Of a stretch of 64,000 bases of DNA, positions 35,555-43,261 are shown one piece after another. This stretch comes from Thermoplasmata archaeon (GTDB lineage: Archaea > Thermoplasmatota > Thermoplasmata > Lutacidiplasmatales > UBA184). Where the stretch lies: NCBI GenBank assembly GCA_021798415.1, contig JAJZGO010000002.1, positions 159 to 64,158 of the forward strand, in the 5' to 3' direction. The notes under the pieces were generated by a model. That model saw only the letters and a program-made list of their open reading frames with translations, did not search any database and had not been told where the DNA came from. Numbering within the stretch: the first letter of the stretch is position 1; every line of letters starts with the position of its first letter. The position numbers were made by a program, and so were the translations under genes.

Positions 35555-36514
35555 CTAGAGACGGGGCACGCGCGGGCCGGGCGCCTCGGCGAGCGGGACG
35601 CTCACGCTCGAGGGGACGCCCCGGCGGGAGAGCCCCACCTCGACGTCCGAGCCCACGGGGAACTTCGCGAGCGCTTCGAGGAGGTCACGGACGGAACGGA
35701 CCTCGAACGGCCCGACGCGGACGAGCACGTCTCCCCGCTTCAGCCCGGCGCGGTGCGCGGGGGATCGGGGGACGACCTCGTCGACCCAGACCCCCGACCC
35801 GGCGGGGAGAGCGGTCGCCCGGGCGAGGGCCGGCCCGAGCTCGGCGACGACGACCCCGACCCAAGAACGGACGACCCGCCCGCTCCGCCGCAGCTCGTCG
35901 GCGATCCGACGAACGGCATCGATCGGGATCGCGAACCCGACGCCCTGGGCGAACGGCATCATCGCGGTGTTGAGACCGATCACGGTGCCGCCGAGGTCGA
36001 CGAGCGGGCCGCCGCTGTTCCCGGGATTGATGGCGGCGTCCGTCTGGATCAGGCCCTCGAAGATGAAATCGGATCCCGGCAGGGGACGGCCGAGCGCGCT
36101 CACCACGCCCGTCGATACCGTCGGGCCGCCCGGGAGCCCGAGCGCGTGCCCGACCGCGAGCACGACCTGGCCGACCCGAAGCGCGGACGACCTGCCGAGC
36201 GGCGCCGCCGGGGCGTCCACCGCGTCGACCTTGACGAGGGCGACGTCGGTGACCGCGTCCCCTCCGAGGACCTCGGCGGCGAGGTCCCTGCCGTCCGCGA
36301 GCCGGACCCGTACCTCGGTCGCCCCGTCAACGACGTGCTGGTTGGTGACGACGAACCCGGTCCGATCGAGGACCACGCCGGTCGCGTTCGCCGACGGGCC
36401 GAATGGGTTCGCCCGGGGACGTCGGTCGGGGCGGACGCTCTCCACGCCCGCGACGCACGGGCCGATCGTCTCGACCGCGGAGACGATCCGCTCCTCGAGG
36501 TCGCCGTGGAGCAT
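35555..36514 (-). CDS. htrA: HtrA/DegP-family trypsin-like serine protease with PDZ domain
   Basis: Catalytic-triad context TNQHVV (His), DVALVKV (Asp), GNSGGPLV (Ser), plus a C-terminal PDZ domain GVWVDEVVPRSPAHRAGLKRGDVLVRVG. Confidence 0.85.
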   Translation of the reverse strand: MLHGDLEERIVSAVETIGPCVAGVESVRPDRRPRANPFGPSANATGVVLDRTGFVVTNQHVVDGATEVRVRLADGRDLAAEVLGGDAVTDVALVKVDAVDAPAAPLGRSSALRVGQVVLAVGHALGLPGGPTVSTGVVSALGRPLPGSDFIFEGLIQTDAAINPGNSGGPLVDLGGTVIGLNTAMMPFAQGVGFAIPIDAVRRIADELRRSGRVVRSWVGVVVAELGPALARATALPAGSGVWVDEVVPRSPAHRAGLKRGDVLVRVGPFEVRSVRDLLEALAKFPVGSDVEVGLSRRGVPSSVSVPLAEAPGPRVPRL

Positions 36515-36612
36515 CCGCGCCGCCTACGTCGACCGGGGCCGGGGCAGCATCGGCTCCGGCCCCACCGGCGGATGCGGCAAGGGGCCGAGCGGGGAACCGA
36601 CCGACATCGCGC

Positions 36613-36867
36613 TCACTCCGAAAGGAGGTGCTCGAGCTTCGCGAACAGCTCGCCCTCTTCCTTCTCCTTCTTCCGCCCGCCGTCCCAGCGGGCGTTGACG
36701 ATCTGGACCAGCAGGTCGGCGACCTGGTCCATCCACGGCCCCTCCTGGGCGTCGAACCGCTTCTTGATCTTGTCGCGAAGCAGCTCGTGGTAGGCCCGGT
36801 AGGCCGACCAGACCCACGGACCGTAGTTCGCTCGTCCCGCCATTCCCTCTTCGCATCCTTCCGACAT
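36613..36867 (-). CDS. Small helical hypothetical protein
   Basis: MSEGCEEGMAGRANYGPWVWSAYRAYHELLRDKIKKRFDAQEGPWMDQVADLL...KKEKEEGELFAKLEHLLSE. No recognisable family; the start could be ATG 36867 or 36843. Confidence 0.35.
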   Translation of the reverse strand: MSEGCEEGMAGRANYGPWVWSAYRAYHELLRDKIKKRFDAQEGPWMDQVADLLVQIVNARWDGGRKKEKEEGELFAKLEHLLSE

Positions 36868-37002
36868 CGTGCCTTCCTCGGGACGGTTTCCGTCCCGAAC
36901 GAGGCAGCGCGCGGCCGAGGATATTGAGCGGGTCGGGCCCGTCTCGGTCACACGTCCCTCGGCCGGCGGGAGCGGACGCGTCACGGCCGGCGGACCCAAC
37001 CA

Positions 37003-37018
37003 GTAACGCTCCCGTTAC
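37003..37018. promoter_or_regulatory. Perfect inverted repeat GTAACGctccCGTTAC in a divergent promoter region
   Basis: 6-bp arms with a 4-bp spacer, about 40 bp upstream of the wHTH regulator ATG 37056 and about 140 bp from the divergent small gene. The GTTAC/GTAAC core also occurs in the conserved 35-bp element. Confidence 0.4.
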
Positions 37019-37055
37019 CGCGGGCCTAAATCCCCGGTCGTGCCTTTTCCCACCG

Positions 37056-37676
37056 ATGGGCCTCCGAGCGGACGAGCGCACCCTCGCGTCGAGCGGACGG
37101 CTCGACGACCGGGTGCTCGACGCCCTCCAGGGCCTGCCGGGCCGCATGGCGTTCAGCGGGCTACGGCGCGTGCTGGGCGCTCACCCGGAGTCGCTCGCGA
37201 GGTCGCTGCGCCGCCTCGAGCGGGAGGGGCTGGTCGAGCGTGTGGACGGGGGTTACCGGGCCCTTGAGGGGGTCGAACGCTCGGTCGACGAGATGACCTC
37301 GGACCTTCGACCCGTCGCCCAGGTCGACCTCCCGGTCGGAACCTCGGCCGAAATGCTGCTCGGACGCCTGGCCGGGCGATGGTTCGGCGCCCTGCGCTGG
37401 GTCGGCGTGGTCGAGCGGCCGGACGGCCGGCTGCTCTCCTGGGCCCGGCGGGACGGATCGGGCCACGTGCTCCTCGGCATCGACCGCGGCACGCTGCGCG
37501 TCTATCGGCCGAGCGGTGCGCCCGACGAAGAACCGGCCGAGACCGAGGACGCGGCGTACGAGTTGCTCGTTCACGCCGTGGAGGCGCTACGCCCGACCCC
37601 CGGCGCTCCGGGGCCGATCACCTTCCTTCGGCGGCAAGGGTCTCCGGCCCCCCTGTTCGGCTGGGCCGAGAACTGA
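37056..37676 (+). CDS. Winged-HTH transcriptional regulator with C-terminal sensory/dimerisation domain
   Basis: N-terminal wHTH DDRVLDALQGLPGRMAFSGLRRVLGAHPESLARSLRRLEREGLVERV. ATG 37056. Confidence 0.55.
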   Translation: MGLRADERTLASSGRLDDRVLDALQGLPGRMAFSGLRRVLGAHPESLARSLRRLEREGLVERVDGGYRALEGVERSVDEMTSDLRPVAQVDLPVGTSAEMLLGRLAGRWFGALRWVGVVERPDGRLLSWARRDGSGHVLLGIDRGTLRVYRPSGAPDEEPAETEDAAYELLVHAVEALRPTPGAPGPITFLRRQGSPAPLFGWAEN

Positions 37677-37706
37677 CCCGCGCTCCGTCGTCTCGTCCCC
37701 GAGCTC

Positions 37707-39353
37707 CTAGCGGGCGAGGAACTCCTCGGGATGCTCGGTGAATCGTCGCAGGCAGCTCTCCGCGCAAAAGTAGTACGTCGTGCCGGAGCGCTCCAACCTG
37801 AGCGATGTCGTCGCCGGGTCGACCTCCATGTGGCAGACCGGATCGACCGCGGTCGTCGAGCCCCCGAGACCCGGCTCCGACGTGGCGGGCGGTGGGACGG
37901 TCCCTCGACGACGTTCGACGATCTCGGCGAGGATGCTGAGCGCGATCTCCTCGGGGGTCCGGGCGCCGATATCGAGACCCGCGGGGGCGCGGACCCGGGC
38001 GAGAGCGTCGGAGGGGACGCCGTGGGTGCGCAGCTCCTCGAGCAGGATCCCGGCGCGGCGCCGACTCGCCACGAGCGCCACGTAGGGCGCCGGCGACCGG
38101 ACGAGTGCCTCGAGGGCGAGGCCGTCGTACTCGGCCATCGTCGCCACGACGGCGTAGCTCGTGGGGTCGGCCTTCGCGGCGAGGTCGGCGACGTCGGCGA
38201 CGACCTCGTCGGCGTCGGGGAAGCGGGCGGGATCGAGCCCGGGGCCGGCCACGACCACGCGGTACCCCAAGAGCCGCCCGAGCGCCGAGAGGCCTTCGGC
38301 GACCGCGGACTCCCCGACGACGATCAGCTGGGGCGACGCACCGTGCGGCTCAAGGTAGATGTCCATGGCTCCTCCGCTCTGGCACTGCAAGATCCGGTCG
38401 ACGACGCCGGACGACGGCGGGGGCGCCGGCTCGGCCCCCGGCCGGAGGCGCAGAAGGCGCGGCTGGCCGTCCGCGAGAGCGGCTCGCGACTCGGCCACGA
38501 GCGCGTGCCGCGAGCAGCTTCCCCCGATCCACCCATCGATCGTCCCGTTCTCCCGCACGACCGCCTTGAACCCGGGCTTTCCCGAGGTCGGCGCCGTCAC
38601 GCGGGTCACGATCGCGAGGCAGAACGGTTCCCGGCGCCGCTCGAGCTCCGCGACGAGGCCGAGCACGTCGTCGCGCCCGCGGGTCCGTCGTCGGGCCTTC
38701 GTCATCCCCGACCCAAGGGGTCGGTTCGAGTCGAGCGCGGCCGCGACCTCCGCGAGGTCCGCTCCCCGGGAGAGGGCGGCCTCGACCCGGGCGAGGTCGT
38801 CGGGAGTGTCGAGGTCGACCACGACCCCGGGGTCGTCGACCGGAACCTCCACGGTCTCCTCGGGATGCCGCTGATGGAGGGCCCGGCACCCTCGGTCGCC
38901 CGAGATCCGGTCGACCTCGGTCTCGAGCGTCCGGTCGATCAGCACCGGATTGCCCCGGACCCCGCGGTACGTGGGAAGGACGATGCGGGCCCCGGTGCGC
39001 GCCCGCGCGGCGCGCAGCGCGGCGTACGTCGACGAACGGACGAACGGGGCGTCGCCGAGGACGACGAAGAACGCCCGGGACGACGGGTCGAGCGCGGCGA
39101 CGCCCGCGCGCAGCGAACTGCTCATCCCGTCGCGGAACCTCGGGTTCACGACGACCCGGGCTTCGCCGAGCGGTACCGCGCTCCGGACCCGGTCGGCTTC
39201 GAACCCCAGCACCACGACCGTCTCCCCGACGTCGCTGGCCCGCACCGCGTCCAGGACGTGGGCCAGGAGCGGTCGACCGTCGAGCTCGACCAAGGGTTTC
39301 GGCGCGCCCATCCGCGTCGAGGCACCTGCCGCAAGAACCACGGCGGAGATCAT
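37707..39353 (-). CDS. Tri-domain fusion: MocA-like molybdenum-cofactor cytidylyltransferase, XdhC/CoxI domain and a C-terminal YHS/TRASH metal-binding domain
   Basis: N-terminal MISAVVLAAGASTRMGAPKPLV (MobA/MocA nucleotidyltransferase). Middle REPFCLAIVTRVTAPTSGKPGFKAVV...LIVVGESAVAEGLSALGRLLGYRVVVAGP (XdhC N-terminal plus Rossmann). C-terminal VCHMEVDP...YYFCAESC (YHS). Confidence 0.8.
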   Translation of the reverse strand: MISAVVLAAGASTRMGAPKPLVELDGRPLLAHVLDAVRASDVGETVVVLGFEADRVRSAVPLGEARVVVNPRFRDGMSSSLRAGVAALDPSSRAFFVVLGDAPFVRSSTYAALRAARARTGARIVLPTYRGVRGNPVLIDRTLETEVDRISGDRGCRALHQRHPEETVEVPVDDPGVVVDLDTPDDLARVEAALSRGADLAEVAAALDSNRPLGSGMTKARRRTRGRDDVLGLVAELERRREPFCLAIVTRVTAPTSGKPGFKAVVRENGTIDGWIGGSCSRHALVAESRAALADGQPRLLRLRPGAEPAPPPSSGVVDRILQCQSGGAMDIYLEPHGASPQLIVVGESAVAEGLSALGRLLGYRVVVAGPGLDPARFPDADEVVADVADLAAKADPTSYAVVATMAEYDGLALEALVRSPAPYVALVASRRRAGILLEELRTHGVPSDALARVRAPAGLDIGARTPEEIALSILAEIVERRRGTVPPPATSEPGLGGSTTAVDPVCHMEVDPATTSLRLERSGTTYYFCAESCLRRFTEHPEEFLAR

Positions 39354-39506
39354 CGGAGTCGGACGCCCGCGTGGCCCCGCGAACCAGCGCCTCCGGGCCG
39401 CGTAGGGGGTTGCCCGCTCTTAATCCCTCGTCGGTGGGATCGGTCGGAGTCCGACGCGGTCCCCGGGGCGAGCTAAAGGCGGGCGGGGAGTGACCTCGGG
39501 CGCTCG

Positions 39507-40331
39507 ATGTCCGCTCTTGAGACGTCCGACCGGGTGGTCGGAGCCCTTCCGTCGACCCCGCGGGCCCCGGCGCTCGAGGTCCGACACGTATCGAAGTCCT
39601 ACGGCCCCGTGCGCGCGCTCGTGGACGTGAGCTTCGACGTGCCCGCGGGCCAGATCGTCGGGCTCCTCGGCCCCAACGGGGCCGGGAAGTCGACCACCAT
39701 GAAAGCGGTCCTCGGACTGATCAGGCCGGACGCGGGCGAGATCCGCCTCTTCGGACGGGAGGTCCGGGAGGACCCGGTCGAGGCGAAGCGCGACATCGGC
39801 TACGTGCCGGAGTCACCGGCCCTGTACGAGTTCCTGACCGGCGCGGAGTACCTTGACTTCGTCGCCGACATGTACGGTCTTTCTCTCGCGGTCCGCCAGG
39901 AACGCCTCCCTCAGTTCCTCGTCGGGCTCGAGCTCGCCGGCCACGAGGACAGCCTCATCAGCGGCTACTCCCAAGGTATGAAGCAGAAGATCGCGCTCAT
40001 CGCCGCGCTCGCCCATCACCCCCGCCTGCTGGTGCTCGACGAGCCGCTGAACGGCCTCGACCCCCGCTCCGCCCGCGTCACGAAGGACGTGCTGGCGAAC
40101 CTCGCGGCCTCCGAGGGGGTCGGTGTCCTGTTCAGCACCCACGTGCTCGAGATCGCCGAGGCGATCTGCGACCGCGTCGTGATCCTCCACCGCGGCGCGG
40201 TGCTCGCGAGCGGCACCGTCGGGACGCTGCGCGAACGCGCGGGCCTCCCGGGCTCGGGACTGGAGGACGTCTTCCTCGCGCTCACCGGCACCGACGACCT
40301 CACGGACGTGGTGAAGGGGCTCGTCCGGTAG
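39507..40331 (+). CDS. ABC transporter ATP-binding protein
   Basis: Walker A GPNGAGKST, signature LSGYSQGMKQKIALIAAL, Walker B LLVLDEPLNGLD. Confidence 0.85.
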   Translation: MSALETSDRVVGALPSTPRAPALEVRHVSKSYGPVRALVDVSFDVPAGQIVGLLGPNGAGKSTTMKAVLGLIRPDAGEIRLFGREVREDPVEAKRDIGYVPESPALYEFLTGAEYLDFVADMYGLSLAVRQERLPQFLVGLELAGHEDSLISGYSQGMKQKIALIAALAHHPRLLVLDEPLNGLDPRSARVTKDVLANLAASEGVGVLFSTHVLEIAEAICDRVVILHRGAVLASGTVGTLRERAGLPGSGLEDVFLALTGTDDLTDVVKGLVR

Positions 40332-40337
40332 GCTCGC

Positions 40338-41936
40338 ATGGATCTGCACCGGGTCCGTCGGCTTTCCGAGGTCCTCGTCGTCTCGCAACTGCGCAGCGGC
40401 CGCAGCACCTCCGATCCCAAGAGCTTCCTCGGGCGGCCGGTCCTCCTGGCGGTCGTGGACGTGGCGGCGTTCCTCGTCGCCTTCTCGCTCGCCGAGTTCG
40501 TCCTCGCCTCCGCGAGGCTGCCCGCCGCGACGCTCGCCGCGGTCGCGAACCAGATCGTCCCGTACTTTCCGCTGCTCTCCGCCTCCGTGGTGCTGGTCGC
40601 CGGCGTGATGTTCGAACTGACCGCGACCGCGAAGTTCTCGGGAAGCGACGCGGCGAACTGGCTTCCTCTCACCGCCGCCGAGTACGTCGCCGCCTCGGCG
40701 AGCGCGATCGCCTACACCTACTCGTTCGGGGTCGCGGTCATTCTCGGGGGGCTCCTGTCGATCGCTCTCGCGGCGGGAACGATGTCCACGTTCGCGCTGA
40801 CGGCGGCCCTGAGCGTCCTCGCGCTCTTCGAAGGGGCCCTCCTGGTCGAGATGGTTCGGTCGGTCAGTCAGCGAGCCGGGTCGGTCCGACTCGGCCGCGG
40901 GGGCCGCCTGACGCTCGTCCTGCGGGCCCTCGTGCTGGCCGTCGTCATCCTCGCGATCCAACTCCTCGTGAACCCGGTCTTCCTCTTCGCGAGCCTCCAC
41001 GCGCTCTCGTCCGTCGCCTACGCGAGCGCGCTCGTCCCGTTCCTGTGGTCGACCGAGGCGCTCCTCCTCTGGACCCAGGGCGCGGTGCTCGTGGCGCTCG
41101 CCTACGCGCTCGGGCAGGTCCTTTTCGTCGCGGCCCTCCTCTACGCCGCCGCTCGACTCCGGGTCCGTTTCTGGGTGCCGTCCGCGGTCGAGGTCCGCTT
41201 CGAGCCTCGCCGGTCTCCCTCGGGCCACCGGGGCCTCGCCGCCCTCGGCCTGGCGCCCAACGAGGCCGCGCTGGTCGCCAAGGACCTCCGCGGGCTCACG
41301 CGCCGACGCGAGATGCTTCCCATGCTGGTGCTCCCGATCGTCCTGGTCGTCCTCGTGTTCGTCGAAGGACCGTTCCTAGGGGCGGAGGGCTCGGTCGTCT
41401 GGGTCGGCTGGGCCGCCGGGTTCTTCGCGCTCCTCGTCTCGGCGACCTCGGTCGGGCAGGAACGACGGTCCCTCCAATTCCTCTACGCGCTACCGATCGC
41501 CCCGCGGAACGTCGCCCGCGCGAAGGTCGTCGCGGTCCTTCTGCCGGCCCTCCTCGTCGCGGCCGGGGTTTCCGTGCTGGTCGGTCTCGTCGTTCACCTT
41601 GCGCCGGTCGCGGTCGGCGGGACGGTCCTCCTGGCCGGGGGTGCCACCGTCGCGCTCGCGCTCTGGGGGCTCGTGTTCGCCGCACGGTTCTCGGACTTCC
41701 AGGACCGGCCGCGACCCCAGTACCTGCGACCCGCCGCCATGCTCGCGGCGATGGGGTCCGGCATGGTGGTTCTTTTTGCGATCGTCGTTCCCGGCGCCCT
41801 CGTCATCGCCCAGCCGAGCGTCGACCCCGCGATCCGCATCGGCCTCGCGCTCGCGACCGTGGTCGTCTCGAGCGCCACGGCCGCCCACTGGGTGAGGACC
41901 GGGTTCGACCGACTGTTCCGCGAGCTCCCCGTCTGA
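40338..41936 (+). CDS. Large polytopic membrane protein, probable ABC-2-type permease partner
   Basis: 532 aa with at least 12 predicted TM helices. It starts 7 bp after the ABC ATPase stop. Confidence 0.55.
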   Translation: MDLHRVRRLSEVLVVSQLRSGRSTSDPKSFLGRPVLLAVVDVAAFLVAFSLAEFVLASARLPAATLAAVANQIVPYFPLLSASVVLVAGVMFELTATAKFSGSDAANWLPLTAAEYVAASASAIAYTYSFGVAVILGGLLSIALAAGTMSTFALTAALSVLALFEGALLVEMVRSVSQRAGSVRLGRGGRLTLVLRALVLAVVILAIQLLVNPVFLFASLHALSSVAYASALVPFLWSTEALLLWTQGAVLVALAYALGQVLFVAALLYAAARLRVRFWVPSAVEVRFEPRRSPSGHRGLAALGLAPNEAALVAKDLRGLTRRREMLPMLVLPIVLVVLVFVEGPFLGAEGSVVWVGWAAGFFALLVSATSVGQERRSLQFLYALPIAPRNVARAKVVAVLLPALLVAAGVSVLVGLVVHLAPVAVGGTVLLAGGATVALALWGLVFAARFSDFQDRPRPQYLRPAAMLAAMGSGMVVLFAIVVPGALVIAQPSVDPAIRIGLALATVVVSSATAAHWVRTGFDRLFRELPV

Positions 41937-41948
41937 CCGGACCGAAGG

Positions 41949-42428
41949 CTACAGGGGCGCGCCGCAGAACGGGCATCGGCGGTCCGACTCCTGACCGAGG
42001 TTGCCGCAGTAGCGGCAGCGTACCTTGACGACCGGGCGCTCGCCGATACCGGGGCCCGATGCGTCGGGGCCCGGCCGCACGGGCACCGCGCGCCGCGCGT
42101 CCGCGATCGATCCGGCCCACTCCCCGGGCTCGAGGAGGTCGAACGCCGGCCGCCCGCGCGCGAGGTCGAGGACGAGGCGGGGCCCTCGGATCCGGCCCGG
42201 GCGGATCGACAGGTGCCGGAGCTCCTCGAGCGGGACGTCGAGCACGATCTCGGTCTCGCGATCCGAGACGAGGTCCCGGACGAACCCGCGGGAGATGCGG
42301 GACTCGAACACGAGCCGGCGGTTCGTGAGGTAGAGAACGCCCGGGCGGCGCCCCGGGAAGGCGGGGCCTCCGCCGTCGAGGACCGCGTACGCGCTGCGCA
42401 CGAGATGCTCGCCCGAGTGGAGCAGCAT
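41949..42428 (-). CDS. GRAM/PH-like domain protein with C-terminal zinc ribbon
   Basis: LYLTNRRLVFESR is a bacterial PH/GRAM-like core. The C-terminal CRYCGN...CPFCGAP is a Cys4 ribbon. Confidence 0.4.
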   Translation of the reverse strand: MLLHSGEHLVRSAYAVLDGGGPAFPGRRPGVLYLTNRRLVFESRISRGFVRDLVSDRETEIVLDVPLEELRHLSIRPGRIRGPRLVLDLARGRPAFDLLEPGEWAGSIADARRAVPVRPGPDASGPGIGERPVVKVRCRYCGNLGQESDRRCPFCGAPL

Positions 42429-42454
42429 GCGGGGGCCCCGAGCGCGCCCCGGGG

Positions 42455-43261
42455 CTAATACTCTCGCCGCCGGGGACCCGACGACCGGGGCCGCGCGTGC
42501 GCGTCGCGAAGCGCGGCCCGCAGCTTCGGCGACGATCGCTCGGTCGCGACGGTGATCGCCACCGGCGCGAGGTCACGAACGTGCGCGAAGAGGAAGCGCT
42601 CCGTCCGAGGTCCGTCGACCTTCCCGCACTCCCGGAGCCACGTCCCCACGGCCCGCTGGACCCACCGCTCGGGATCTCGGGCGAGGCGGTCGAGAAGGAC
42701 GAACGGCCGGTCGAGCTCGCCGGAGCGGACGAGCCCGTTCATCGCGTAGGCCGCGGCCCTCCGTCGCCAGAGGTTCGGCGACCCGGTCCAGCCGAGGATC
42801 TCCCGGAAGCGACGGGGGTCGGCCGCGAGCCCCCGCGATATCGGTCCCGAGGCGAGGCTATCGGAGAGGGCCCAGCCGCTCGCGGTGTCGACGAACCGGT
42901 CGGCGAGCCTCCACGTCGCGTGATCGGCGCGGCCGATACCGGCCCGCACGAGGATCTCGATCGCGACGGCCCGTTCCTCGAACCAACGGCCGGCCCAGAG
43001 CGCCCGGAGGACGTCCCGCAACGTCCCGCGGTTCGGCGGCTCCGCGCGGCGCCAGAACTCCCGGGCGATCCGGCGAATCTCGGGGGCCCGGACGCCCCGG
43101 ACGGGGAGCGGAGAGCCAAGGTACGCGCGCAGCGCCGGGTGGGCGGGTCGCCTCGGCGCCTTGGCGAGCGTCCGGGCGAGCTCCGCGGCGAGGCGGGGCG
43201 CGGCAGCGGCTCCCGGCGACGGGGCCGACCGGCCCCGTCGTTCACCAGCCCGAGGGGGCAT
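42455..43261 (-). CDS. DNA alkylation repair enzyme (AlkD-like HEAT-repeat DNA glycosylase family)
   Basis: Alignable with AlkD: WAGRWFEERAVAIEIL, VDTASGWALSDSLA, SPNLWRRRAAAYAM, DPERWVQRAVGTWLRE. Confidence 0.75.
   Translation of the reverse strand: MPPRAGERRGRSAPSPGAAAAPRLAAELARTLAKAPRRPAHPALRAYLGSPLPVRGVRAPEIRRIAREFWRRAEPPNRGTLRDVLRALWAGRWFEERAVAIEILVRAGIGRADHATWRLADRFVDTASGWALSDSLASGPISRGLAADPRRFREILGWTGSPNLWRRRAAAYAMNGLVRSGELDRPFVLLDRLARDPERWVQRAVGTWLRECGKVDGPRTERFLFAHVRDLAPVAITVATERSSPKLRAALRDAHARPRSSGPRRREY

Noticed and set aside
35438-36793. 451-aa plus-strand ORF
   Set aside because: It is antisense to the clear HtrA protease gene (35555-36514) and the small gene after it, with no motifs.
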